The position numbers and the translations under genes are program-made. This document shows positions 23,501 through 35,240 of a stretch of 64,000 bases of DNA, in pieces (the first letter of the stretch is position 1; every line of letters starts with the position of its first letter). The DNA is from Raillietiella orientalis (Eukaryota). The stretch is from the NCBI GenBank assembly GCA_036172245.1, contig JAYWIR010000012.1, forward strand, positions 4,278,001-4,342,000, written 5' to 3'. The notes under the pieces were generated by a model. It was not told where the DNA came from. It made no database searches and was given only the letters and a program-made list of their open reading frames with translations.

Positions 23501-26500
23501 CTCCCGTTTTTTTCTCCTCTCAAGGGGGAGAGGAGGGAGACGACAGGCAGCGCTTCGCGGCCGTCTGAGGCGCTGCGAGCCGCTGGATAGGAGAGGGGGG
23601 TGGGGCACCGGAAATCGAACCTCCCATCTCCCCGCGGAGAGCTTACCGGAGGACGCTCCTCTTTCGTTGTCGAGCCGCCCAGCGGGTTAGCCCACGCGTC
23701 CTCAGAGGGTTCTCTCGGCGGCTTTCTGCTCCTGCCCGCAGCGTCCTACAGGGAGGAAGGAGGGAGGAAGAGGGTAGCATCCCCTCCGGGGGTCGTTCCT
23801 GCCCCTTCCCCTCCCTTCCTGCGGCGGCTCAGAAGCAGCGGCGTCGCTCTCCTTCCCGGCTCCAGCCTCGTGGGGAAGCAAAGGACTCCCCAGCGCGGTC
23901 ACCCATTTTTTCCGCTCCGTGGTGGTCCAGGGACGCCCAGCATCACGATCGGCAGGGAGGGGGCTCGTTAATCCCTTCCTTCAAAAAGAATAAGGGCCGG
24001 GGGGAATCGAAATGGAGGAGGGCAGCCGCCGCCTCATCTGCCCTTCGGGAGCGTGCGCAGCACCTTCTCCTGCTCCTGGAGAGAGCGGGCCGCGTGCGGC
24101 GCGAGAGGCGATTCGTCCGGCGGCGGGGCAGGAGCGCCGGGGACGGGAGGCACTAGGAGGGAGACGGGACTGCGTGTCGTGGCCCCCCATCCCCTCCGGC
24201 TTCCCCGCTCGGCATCACTCCCCACGGCGCAGTCTCGGAAGGAGAGCAGCGCGCGCCCAGGCTGCCTCCTCTTCTGGGGCGCGTCCTGGCGGGCGCTACG
24301 TGGCCGCGGACCTCAGCGGGGCGGAAGGGCAGCTAAGACGGCGGCTCTCCCTCCCGCCTCCTCCCAGCACTCGCGGCTTCGAGCGAACCCGGGCGCCGCC
24401 ACCGCCGCCGCTCCGTTGGCGCCCGCCGCCCGCTGCCGAGCGGCGACGCCCCACTTCGATGACGGGGGAAGGTGGGTGGTTCCTCCTGCTCCTATATTTA
24501 ACCGGATCGTTCCCCCCCTCTCTCCCTCCCCCCTCCTCCTCTTCCCGCGTCTTGTTCCGAGCGCGCGTGCTCCGCTGCGGGGAGCAACGATCTCCGCGAC
24601 GGATCGTACCGGGATGCCGCACGTGGCAAGCTGCCATGGCAACGTTAGCAGCGCGCTAGAGAGAGCATCGGCCCAGCATCCCCGCTCTGCGGTACCTTCT
24701 CGGGAGCTGCGGAAGGCGCACGCGCGCGCCCTCCCGTGCCCGGGGATGCCACTTCGGGACGCAGAGCTGTCAATGACCGGCCGGGGCGCGCAAGGGAGGA
24801 AGGGAAGGGAGTGGAAGGGGGGGGGGAAAGGGGCGGGACACCCTCTTTTGGTACTCGAACGTAAGGAAGGCATGGGGTGCGCGGGGGTGCGAGATGAAGC
24901 CGTCCCAGTCCTCTCGGGGGAGGGAAGGCGAGGTGTGCCCCGAGGAGAGGCACGCCCCGCTTGGCCCCGGGGGAGGAAGAGAAGGAAGGGCAGAGAAGCC
25001 CCCCTCGCGGGCGGGCTCAACGGCCTCTCGCGCCTGGAAGAGGGGGCGAGAAAAGGCGAGGGGCTTGCTCGGGGAGCGGGAGCCCACTCGCCGCTCCCCC
25101 TCCACGCGGGCAGACGAGCCCAGAGGCGAGGAGGCCCCGTTGGCGGGCGCGGGGCAGCGGCGGAAGAGCCTTCACCGGCAGGAAGCCTCCAGGAAGCACT
25201 CGCATTGTTGCTGCTTCTTGCGCGGGCGGAGACGAAGCCGGAAGCGAAACAATCAGAAGGGGCGTCAGCCGGAAGGCGGATGCGCAGGAAGCAATTCCGG
25301 TCCCCCCCCCCACTCGCTCGCGCGCGGAAGCCCGGGCGCGCTTTGCTCCTCTGCTTTCACCCCGCGCGCAGGAGCTCTCGGATTTCCAGAGAGACCGCGA
25401 GCCACCCTCGAGAGAGGGAAGGGAGGGGGGGGGTCACCACGACGACTTCCGCCCTCCCCTCCAACCCTCCTCCTCGGCACGGCTGCGCTTCCCCCGCGAG
25501 GTAGAGCAGCGACGCACTCCCGGGTTCCCGCCAGACCGGCGTCGTTCGGCGGGCGAGCAGCAGCAGTTAAGGCCGTTGCTCAGACATGCGCTCTTGGACG
25601 CTCCGGAGCTGGCGACGGAGGTGGTCTCGCGGAGCGGGGGAGGGGAGCGCGGAGAACGCGCGCGCGCGCGCGCGCTGCGGCGAGCACTCCAGTCTCAGCA
25701 GCAGTCGCTGGCGAGGCGGCCGCCACGCGCGACGGTGCGGCCGCGGGTCTCCCGCCGATCCCGCGCCTGACCGAACGCCACCGCCCCGCCGATCCCGACC
25801 TCGGTTCCGAGTGGGGGCTCTCTCCTTAGTGGGGGTGGAGCGGGCCCGTCGCTTCCTCTCATCCTCACCCCTCAACCAGCCGATGAGAAGCGGCGGGACG
25901 GATGACGTCATCATCGAGCGAGACGGCGGGCTTGGGCGACGTGGGGGATCTGTGCTCGAGGCTCCACAGGTTCTCCGGGGGGAGAAGGGGGAGGGGGCTA
26001 ATCGGCGGCGGCGGCGGCCGCACGCCTGCAGCGGTACTGGCAATCCGCACCTACGTGCGCGTTCTTCCTTCCCTCCCCCTTCTCTCCCCTTCCTTCACCC
26101 ACTCCACGCGGTGGGCCACAACCGGATGCCCTCCCTCACATTCGCACGCCTTCCTGTTCCCGGAGGAAGGGGCGCGGACCTGTCCAACTTTCGCGCCACC
26201 TCTTTCGCCTGCGCGCTCTCCGAGCGACCTCTTCGTCCAACCCCTTTCCTTTTCCTGTGCGCCTCTGGCGGCTTCGATGAAGAGTGACGGGGCGGCCCTG
26301 CGTGTTCGACCTCTGCTGCTGCTGGTGCTTTCGCATCTACTGATGCTTCCGCTGCTGGGACTGCGGAAAGCCACCGCTTTTCCGGTCAGCGCGCCGCAAT
26401 GGGGAGCGCGCGCGCGCGCGCGCATCCCACGCGGCTTCCCCCCGGCGCCGCCCGCTTCCTCCGGGCAGAACGAATCGCCACATCCTCCGCGGTCCCCCCC

Positions 26501-26940
26501 GATCCCATCCGCTGCTGGTCGCGAAGCCGCCCCCACCGTCCCGAGTCTGCGCGCGTCCTCCCCCCAGCTGTTTATGGCCGCCCTGCCCGGGACCCGCCGG
26601 GAGCGATGCCGAGATTTTTTTTCTTCCCTTCTTACTCCCCCCCCCTTCCTCCCATTCCCCCCTCGCACCATCGTGACCCAGAAGCGCCTCCCTCGAGGCG
26701 ACCGGGAAACGAGATGGGCAGCAGCTCCGGTCACTCCCAGGAGCGGACCGGGGTGCGCCTCTCGAGAAGCGGGAAAGAGGGGGAGGGGAGGGAGGACCCT
26801 TCCTTTCGGCAGCCTCTCCCCTTCAAGCGCGCACGGTACTCCTCCGCAGGCATCCCTCGTAGTCCTGAGCCCCAGCCCTACCTGTCTGAATAGGGGACCC
26901 TCTCCAGGAGGTTCCCTGCGTACGCAAACGCATTTAGGGG

Positions 26941-27760
26941 TTGTTACCCGGTCACGCCGAGGCGTTTATTGAAGAAAAGCAATAAGCCTATAACTTTTGT
27001 GGTGGGGCGTGGAATCTCTCCCCCTTCCTCCCTGCAACCGATTCTGCAGTGGACCCGTCGGTGCACAGAGTGCCTTTGGCAACGGAAAACAAAGAAAATA
27101 AGATAGAAGAATAAAAGAATAAAAATCTTCGGGAGTGCCGGGAAGGGATCGCAGTCCTCTGGAGGAGTCCTCTGCATCTGTTCCAGGATGCCCTCTAGGA
27201 CCGTCCTTGTACTGTCCAGGTGGGACCATCTGACCGCCGTTTCCAGGAGGTGAACTGCGTCCTCGCTGGCGTCCCTTTCGTCCCTACCTCCTCCGTCGGC
27301 TTCGCTCTAGGCCGCCGCAATCACGCGGACGCAGCTAAGAGCTGCTAGGGCTGCAGAGCGTCCTGGCAAGAAGAGGAGCCGTGAAACGTATCTGGGGGGC
27401 TGCCAACCGGGATCTGGAGGGTCGTTCCCACATCGGCCGGAGGGTAGCGCAATCCGCCAGCAGGCACGAGAAGGGGGATTCCCGTTCCCCGCACCTGCGA
27501 CAGTGCGGGCTCGCCCTCCCCAGCGTCCAGTTGTGTCGGCGCGCGTCGCCGGGGAAACCGCAGTGCAACAGCAGAAGTACCGACTCCTCCGCTCCAGGGG
27601 GAGGGCGCTGCTGTTCTTGCCACTGGGGGCCACTCCAGATCTTCGGACGGAGTGCCGAGCAGCTCGCCCCAGCGCTACAATCCCCGCGGAAGGGCGCTCG
27701 AGGGTCGCGGCGTCCGCCAGCTGTCCCATGGTCCATCCGCTCATCAGCCTCCCTGCCCGC
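26941..27760 (-). mobile_element. Second decayed copy of the same L1/Tx1-like 3' end
   Basis: DARRHNWTLGRASPHCRRCGERESPFSCLLADCATLRPMWER aligns with the 5.3-kb copy, and the terminal AATAAA plus stem-loop is shared. The 5' boundary is approximate. Confidence 0.65.
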
Positions 27761-30700
27761 GATCTCACAGGGGACTTCCTGCCTCGCCGCCTAATGCCCT
27801 CCTCGGGAAGGGAACCGCTGTGGAGATGGGGTCGTCTCCGTCCGCGCGTCTCTGCTGGGGCGGGATCCAGAACCTCCGGGGCGAGCGGCGGGCGTGGGTG
27901 CCGCATCGCAGGCAGTCCCATCCCTCGGTTCCCGTCTCGTCGACCCTCTCTCGCTTGCCAACCCATTTCCAGCCAGGCTCTGGAGTGAGCCGGGAAATTG
28001 ACCCATCCGGGCGCTTCCCTTCGCTAGGGCGGGGTCAAGCGAACCGAGGGGGGAACCGCACCCATCGCACCTTGGGGTGCGCGAGCACCAGGGGAAAAGG
28101 CGCGAGTCATTCCGTCCTGGCTCCACGCTGGCGAGGAGGCGCCAGGGGACGCTTCGGCACTTCGCTGCGACGGCCGCGCTTCGCCATCGCGGCTGCACCT
28201 CCATACGCTCCAGCGTCGGGGAGGCCGCCGTCCCGACGAGGGGCGCACAAGTCCAGCAGCGGGACTCGGGGTAGGGTGCACCACTCCTGCTCTCGTCCTT
28301 CCAGCCGGGTTCCGGTTTGGCGGAGCCCCTGCCTCGAGGCGCTTTCGCGCGACGGCTGGAGGGGTGGGGTGAGGAGGGGCAGATTGGCGGGGAGGGGGAA
28401 CCCCAGAGGGGAATGCGGAAGGATAGTAGGCGGTCGCTGGGGAAGAAGAGCTGCGGGAAGTTCCCCGGCTGGAGGTCGAGGCGGCAGAAGACCCGCTCGC
28501 AGGATCCTCCGGAAGCCGTCGGTCCCCGGCGCTCCCGGAAGGGAAGGGAGAAAGAGAAGGGGGGGGTGATTGAGGGGAGCTCAACGTGCGCCGGCGCGCG
28601 TGCCCCTCGCGTGCTCCCAATGGCCCCGTGCGCGGTCGGCCGCGTTCGTCACCCCCCTCGCTCATGCGCTTTGCTGCTGGCGACTGCAGCGCCACTCTCG
28701 GCTGAGCGGCGGCGGTGCTCGACACTCGACCCGCTCGGTCGCGGGGACGATGGAGGGACGGGGGGAGGACGCGCGCCCGCCCCCAGGAAGCTCAGGAATG
28801 ACCCGGCCTCGCTTGCTCGCCTCGCTGAGCGCGCGAGGAAACCGGGGATCCTCCCACGGAGATCCACGGGTCGGTGGCGTCTATGGGGGGCGGGGGGGGG
28901 AGTGAAGACTCGCGGCCCTCCCTTTGATTCGTCGCCGTCCCCGCCCCCGCTCCTCTCCGCTGATTTTCGCTTCCTGACGAGCAGCCCTTCTGTCGCCTCG
29001 GTCCGTGTCGGCGGCGGGCTCGACGGATGTTCCCCGGCCGGTGTCCTGGCTGTCTCCTCCCGCCCCCCACTCCGCTCCCTCGGACCCGGGGATGAGAGGG
29101 CAGGGCGGAGAGCAGAGGGGGGAAGCGACCAGAGCGCTCGTCCATCCGTCCCTTCTCGACGGCGTCTTCCAGAGCGGCAGCTGCCGAGGAGCGCCGCGCG
29201 CATGCGCGCGCGCGCAGACCGACCGGCCGGCGAGGACTTTTAATTAAGAAATGAGCGCTGCGCTGCTGCTGCCGCTGCTGGCGAGGAGGGAGTGCTGCTC
29301 CGTGGTGCTGCTGCAGCGGCAGCACTCGCACGTGGCGCGCGTGGCGTGCGCGCCAGGTGCGCGGGGAGCGCGCCACTCCGGGAGCAATCGCGCACCTGCC
29401 GCCCCTGCATGAAAGGGAAGGAGGGGGCGCACGCGTTCGGCGTAATGGCGGGAGGGGGAGGGGCAACGCGCACGCATGAGGAAGAGGCAAAAAGGGATTC
29501 CCTCTCCCCTCCCCCGCACTTTTTTTTTCCCCCCTTTTTTTTTCTTTTTTTTCCTTAATTTCTTTTTTATGATCTCCTTTGCTTCCACGGGAGGGGAGGA
29601 GCCTCAGCCCCCGTTCTGTCGCTCTCGCTACGGGGGGAGGGAGCTGCAGGTCACCTTCCGCCCCGACCCTTCCGCGACCCCGCGCGCGCCGAGTCCTTGA
29701 AATCTATTTGCATCCCCCCCCCCTCTCCCCCCACTTGTTCAGGGATCGTTGAACTGGAGGCAGGAACCGCCCGGGACTCGAACTGCCGCCGCTCAGTTCC
29801 CTCAGCATCCGAATCTTCCCCTCCCCCCTCCTCTTCCCCCCCTCCGAGCCTCTCCGGGGACGACTCGCCGAGGCGCGCGCGGGCAGCGACGTGCACGCCG
29901 CGAGGAGCGGGGGGTTCTCCCGCCTGATGGCCGTTCGCCGAGCTCCCCGGGGTCGGGGCGGACGGGGAAGAGCAGAAAAACGGCGGGGTAGGTAATCCCA
30001 GCACGAAAAGAGGCGGCGGCCCCCCTGACAAACATGGCGGGGCAGCGGGGTCGCCTCTCCCAAGAGATTGGCAGGAGACAAAAACAAAGGGAGGAGGGGT
30101 CCCGGCCGCGACCCGTTTTATTTTATAGTGATATTTAAAAATTCTAAAAAATATTTAAGTAAATGATTTCTGGACCCTCGACTGACCGCCTTTGAGACAG
30201 CGCCGCGGGAGGAATACGGGGGGGCAGGGGAGAGGGAGTCCCGTCCTCGCACGAGAGCGGGGACGACCCGGGCGAGGCTCTCGTGAGCTCCGCAGCACGT
30301 CGGCGGAAGGAAGGGCGACCGGTAAGAGGGAGAGCGAGCAGGACCGGGGGAGAAGGAAGAGGAAAACGAATCGCCTTCTCGGGATCGCCAGGTGGGCGAG
30401 TGGTCCGAGGGTCCCGGGAGAGGGGACGGGGAGAGGCTGCAGGCAAAGGGCAACGGGGAAGAAGGTGCGGTCGGAAAAACGCGCGCACGCACTCGAGTGG
30501 ACGCCGACGAGGTCAGCACGCGGCGCGCCGCTCGCTGTCTCACCGACCTCCGGGAAAGCCACGCGTCGTCGTCTCTGAACGACCCAGGGGGGCGCACGCC
30601 CACCACTTCGGCAGAGGGTACGTCGGAGGAAGGGGGGGCGAGGGAGGAGGAGGGAGGGAGGAGGAAGGCATGAAGAGGAGGAGGAAGAAAAGATGAGGTG

Positions 30701-31239
30701 TTTTTCCCCCTTCCAGCCCTCCAGCCTCGTTCGTGTTCGTCGTCGTCAAGGCGACGGTTGCCGACAGTGCTCCCGCGGAGACGAGTTTCCGCAAGGCCGT
30801 CATCATCCTCTGTTAATGGGGACTGCTGGGTTCGGCTGAGACCCCTCCCGGGTTCGGACCCCATTGACTTCCCTCAATTAATGGGGCCAATTTGCACAAC
30901 TGGCGGCTCTGTACCCACCGCATTCCGAACAAAAGGGGTCGTCAAGGAAACTGCCGAGAGAAAGATGCGGCTTTTTCATCTCCCGTGCTCAAGGGACTGG
31001 AGGGGCCCTTTTCCCGCGCGCACCTCTCGCCGGCGCGGTTGGCGCGAAGGGTCGAAGCGCGGGAAGCGCCTCCCGAAAGGACGCCTTCGAGCCGAAGCGC
31101 TCCGGGGACGCGCGCACTCGGGGAGGAGTCCAACTCGGAGGAGGACGCTGCGATCCGGCAGCGACCGAGCGGCTCCGCGCCTCGGGGAAAAGAGGCCACT
31201 CTTCCGCCTGTCCTCGGAGTCCCCGCATCCTTCGGAACA

Positions 31240-31500
31240 GCTCCCCCGTATCCTTTCGCTCGCTCTCCCCCTCGCCCCCTCTCTCCTTTCATGGCTCATC
31301 AAGGGCGGAGAGGGAGAAAGAGTTCAGGAATCTGCAGTTTGGAACATCAAGGTCCAAGTGACTGGGTTTCCATGCCACTTAACCTCTTCGATCGGTGACC
31401 TCCTTCGTCCTCGGGAACAATAGACCTCCATTCGGGGGGTGGGGTGGAGCAGCTTCCACGTCAGTTTCTTATTAAAAGGCTCCATTCGTCGATACTCGAA
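31240..31500 (+). mobile_element. Decayed LINE RT fragment
   Basis: ERVQESAVWNIKVQVTGFPCHLTSSIGDLLRPREQ*TSIRGVGWS resembles DRV.H..LL.KL...GFP..L...I..FL..R.Q.V.I.G..S. Confidence 0.38.
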
Positions 31501-31723
31501 GCGCCACACGCTCCGAGAGACAACTCCCTAATTGCTCCATTTGCAGGGCGACTGCCGTGGTGGGCGGGCAGGCATCCCCGCCATGTGCTGCAGCACAGCG
31601 TGGAATAGGGAGGACCCCTGCGCTTGACCTTTTTTTCCGTCCGCACACGAAAATCTTCGCGGCCCTTTCGCCTGCCAAAGCTTCGCCCTCCGCATTTCTC
31701 TCGATCGCCGGCGCTGGAGTGGA

Positions 31724-32195
31724 GCGCGTTCGATTGTTGCCCTCCCGCCGTCTTCGTAGGGGGGGGGGGAGGAAGGAAGGAGCGAAGCGCGCGTTCGATT
31801 GTTGCCCTCCCGCCGTCTTCGTAGGGGGGGGGGGAGGAAGGAAGGAGCGAAGCGCGCGTTCGATTGTTGCCCTCCCGCCGTCTTCGTAGGGGGGGGGGGA
31901 GGAAGGAAGGAGCGAAGCGCGCGTTCGATTGTTGCCCTCCCGCCGTCTTCGTAGGGGGGGGGGGAGGAAGGAAGGAGCGAAGCGCGCGTTCGATTGTTGC
32001 CCTCCCGCCGTCTTCGTAGGGGGGGGGGGAGGAAGGAAGGAGCGAAGCGCGCGTTCGATTGTTGCCCTCCCGCCGTCTTCGTAGGGGGGGGGGGAGGAAG
32101 GAAGGAGCGAAGCGCGCGTTCGATTGTTGCCCTCCCGCCGTCTTCGTAGGGGGGGGGGGGAGGAAGGAAGGAGCGAAGCGCGCGTTCGATTGTTG
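31724..32195. repeat. 65-bp minisatellite, 7 full copies plus a partial
   Basis: Unit GCGCGTTCGATTGTTGCCCTCCCGCCGTCTTCGTA-G11-AGGAAGGAAGGAGCGAAGC. The CGATTGTTG anchor recurs at 31731, 31796, 31861, 31926, 31991, 32056, 32121 and 32187; the last unit has G12. Confidence 0.97.
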
Positions 32196-33969
32196 GCGCC
32201 TTGGCGCCGGGCAGGAGGCGTCGTCGGCCAACTCCGCTCTCGTGGGGATTAATGGCGCAGAATTTTTTGTGGTATTCGGGCGGGGTGGGGGACGAGCGGC
32301 GAAAAAAATTCCTCCGTCCTGCGACCGTTCCGCTGGAGCAGAGCGGAGGGAGCGCCGGTAGCGGCAGTGGCAGATATGGAAGCGGAAAGGGCGCTCGCTT
32401 TTCCCGGCGCTGTGGTGCACTCCGCAGCGTTCGAGAGACCGGAAAGATTCGTCCACAGGAGAGCGTGCGCGCGCGCTTTTTCACTTCTTCTTCTTCTTCT
32501 TCTTCTTTTTTTCTGCCGGTTGCCATGCAGAGCTTATTCATCTCCCTACCTATCTGTCCGTCTCATCACTGTACTTTGAAAATCGATACGGAGAAGCAGG
32601 AGGCCTCTCTCCCCGGATTAATTCTGCGCCAGGTCAGCCAATCCATCTCGTGCGCGGCCTGCCTCCTGCTCCCGGCGGAAGGTCAGTTCCGCGCGCCCGT
32701 GCACCAGCACTCATCAGCCGCGCAAAAGGGGAGAGAGCCGGAGGCCTCCCGGTGTCCCTTCCTTTTCTTGCCTCGGACAAAAACGAAAACGCTACTTAGT
32801 AGATGTTCAACAAGACATCCGGCGCGCGGTCTTCCTTTCTTCTTCTCCTCTCCTCCCTCTTTCCCTCTCCTCTCCTCGGGAAGAATTTATTGCGGCAGTT
32901 GACAATGGTCGGCCGGAATGAAAGCCGAGCAGCTTCAAACGCTTCCCGGACGCACCCTACTTAACTTTATGGAGCACGCCGAACCGCTCCTCCACAGTGG
33001 CTCGTTTCGGTCGGGGGATCTTCTAGGAGCACAGGCGCCGCGGCGCGCGCCACACGAACGGTTCGTCCCCCGCGCCACCCCCGAAAGGGAGTGCGAGCAT
33101 CATTTGCATGTTTAAAGGTGTCCTGTCTTATCTCCTCGGGACGGAGCGACGAGATGCCACTCTTAATTGCCCTCCTGAGCCGAGCCGACCTCGCGCCGAA
33201 GCACGCGCGCCGCCGCCACGCTGCCCCGGACGCAGGGACCGCTGTCCCCTCCGCCGTCGTCTCGCAAGCAAGAGAGAAGTGGTTGTTGCCCACACTGCCA
33301 TCGAGACGCTTCACCTTCGACACACACACACACACTTACACACACACGCGGAGACAGGCAGAGAGAGAGAGAGAGACAAAAAAAATGGAAGAAGGAAAAA
33401 CCGCATTGTTTCTTTGGCGAACTTATGGGAATTTATAGCCACCCTCGATTGCTTTCCTTTACCAACTTCCTTTATCTTAACACGAATCGTTCGCTCCAGA
33501 TTCGATCGTAAAGAAAAATGGTTCCTGATCATTGTTCTTTTTTCATCAGCCCTTTGCAGCCTTTGTTCGCGAAGGAGAATCCGGGTGTTTTCCACAGTTC
33601 CTCTCTGGGAAAAAGTGCTCTTCCAATAGTTCGAATCTTCCCCTGAATAGGAATGGCGAAAGAAAACAGCGCGGTCGAAGGAAAAACAGCTGCGATCGCG
33701 GCTCATTCAACGCACATTCACGCCAGAAGTGGCGGCGGAGGCTATTTGTCGCTGGGCCGGGCGACGCCGAAGACAAACCCCGGCGGGAGTCGGAGGAGCG
33801 GGCAGGACCGGACGCGATGGCCGAGGTCTCTGCTCCGCCGCCGCATCCCCCGCCGCCGCCGCCTGCTCCGCACGCTGCGTGCCCGTCTGCAGCTGACAGT
33901 TCTTTGAAAACTCAAAGACGTCTTTCGGCAAACCCTTTTCCAGAGGGGGGGGGGGGGGAGCCACCGCTC

Positions 33970-35240
33970 ATCATGTGGTGATGTGACCTTTAACATCTGC
34001 ATGAAGCAGGTAATTAATTGTGAGTTTGGCGAGCAGAGGAGGAGAACGGCCTTCCCGCGCGATGGCAGCGCTCGTACGACGGAGGTGCGCTCCCTCTTGC
34101 GGAGGTGACGATGGCGGCGGCTTTCGCAGCTGGCCGCATTGTTGCGCCCGGTGGGGAAGAGGCTGTCGTTTGCGAGGCGATCGCCGAGGCGACGGGGGAG
34201 GGAGGGAGGGGGGGGGGAGGCTGCACAGCAGCAGCAGCAGCAGCCTTACGGGCGGCGTTGCCGAGCGCGAGGCGGCTCCAGCCGGCTCCGCATCGCGACG
34301 CCCGTCGCACGCCGCCGGTGTCCCACGAAAGCCTGGCGGCTGGCGACGGATGACACGGGGAGCTGCAATGAGCGAGGGTACTCGCAAAAGAGGTACCTGA
34401 AAGCACATCCGGAACAGGAAGACTCCGTAAAGCGGCGCTTGCGAAGAGACAAACAATAAATCAAACGGCGCGGCTCGAGGGAAGAGGAGAAGGAAAGCGA
34501 AGAAGAGCCGGGAGGACGAAGCGATTGGCGGGGGAGCCGCCGCGCGCTTAGCGGGATGACCGCGAGACACATGCGTACGCAGGCGGGTTGCCATGGGAGC
34601 GGGCCGCTCCGCCGCCGCCGCCGCCGCATTGTTTACATCAACGGACAGCTCCGGTTGCGGCGTTGGGTTCGCAAAGACCGGGCTGCTCGGGGGCAGAGAG
34701 GGAGTCTGCTCCGCTGCCGAGGAGGAAGCGGGAGCCGTCCATCATCCGAAAGCAGTCCGTCCGACGAAACAGGATCTGGCCGTCATCTCTTCCGATGCTG
34801 CTGCTGCTCTCTCCGGCCATCCCTCCGCGCGTTCCGGGACGTCCTCTCCCGCGCCGCTGGTGCGGCGGCGGAGCACGGAAGAAACGCCACGCGGGCGCCT
34901 TTCTCGCGCCCCCCTCCTCCGTCCGGTTCTCCCCATTGTTGCTTCCTCCCTCCCTCCCTCCCTCCCTCCCCCTTTCCTTCCCTTGTGGTTGCTCCCATTA
35001 TTAAATTAACCTCGTTGCCTGAAAGCTTTGCTAATTATTAGTTACGTCAAAAATAGGTTGATTTATTTCTGGCTGAACAAACGATTAGAGGAATATTTGT
35101 CTTAACGGAGCGCCGAGAGAAGGAACGACCGTAAATTCGCACTGACGAATGGGAGGAGGAGGAGGAGGAGGAGGAGGAGGAAATCGCTTTTCCTTGCTTC
35201 CCTGATGAAATGCAAATAGCAGGTTTTAATTAATTTTCCC
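33970..35240. promoter_or_regulatory. Candidate enhancer block with clustered transcription-factor motifs
   Basis: AT-richer patches with TAATTA sites, TGATTTAT (35059-35066 and reverse 34456-34463), TGTTTAC (34630-34636), TTACGTCA (35042-35049) and the octamer ATGCAAAT (35210-35217). Confidence 0.35.

Noticed and set aside
31724..32195. CRISPR array
   Set aside because: Units are contiguous and identical with no unique spacers, there are no cas genes, and the context is eukaryotic.
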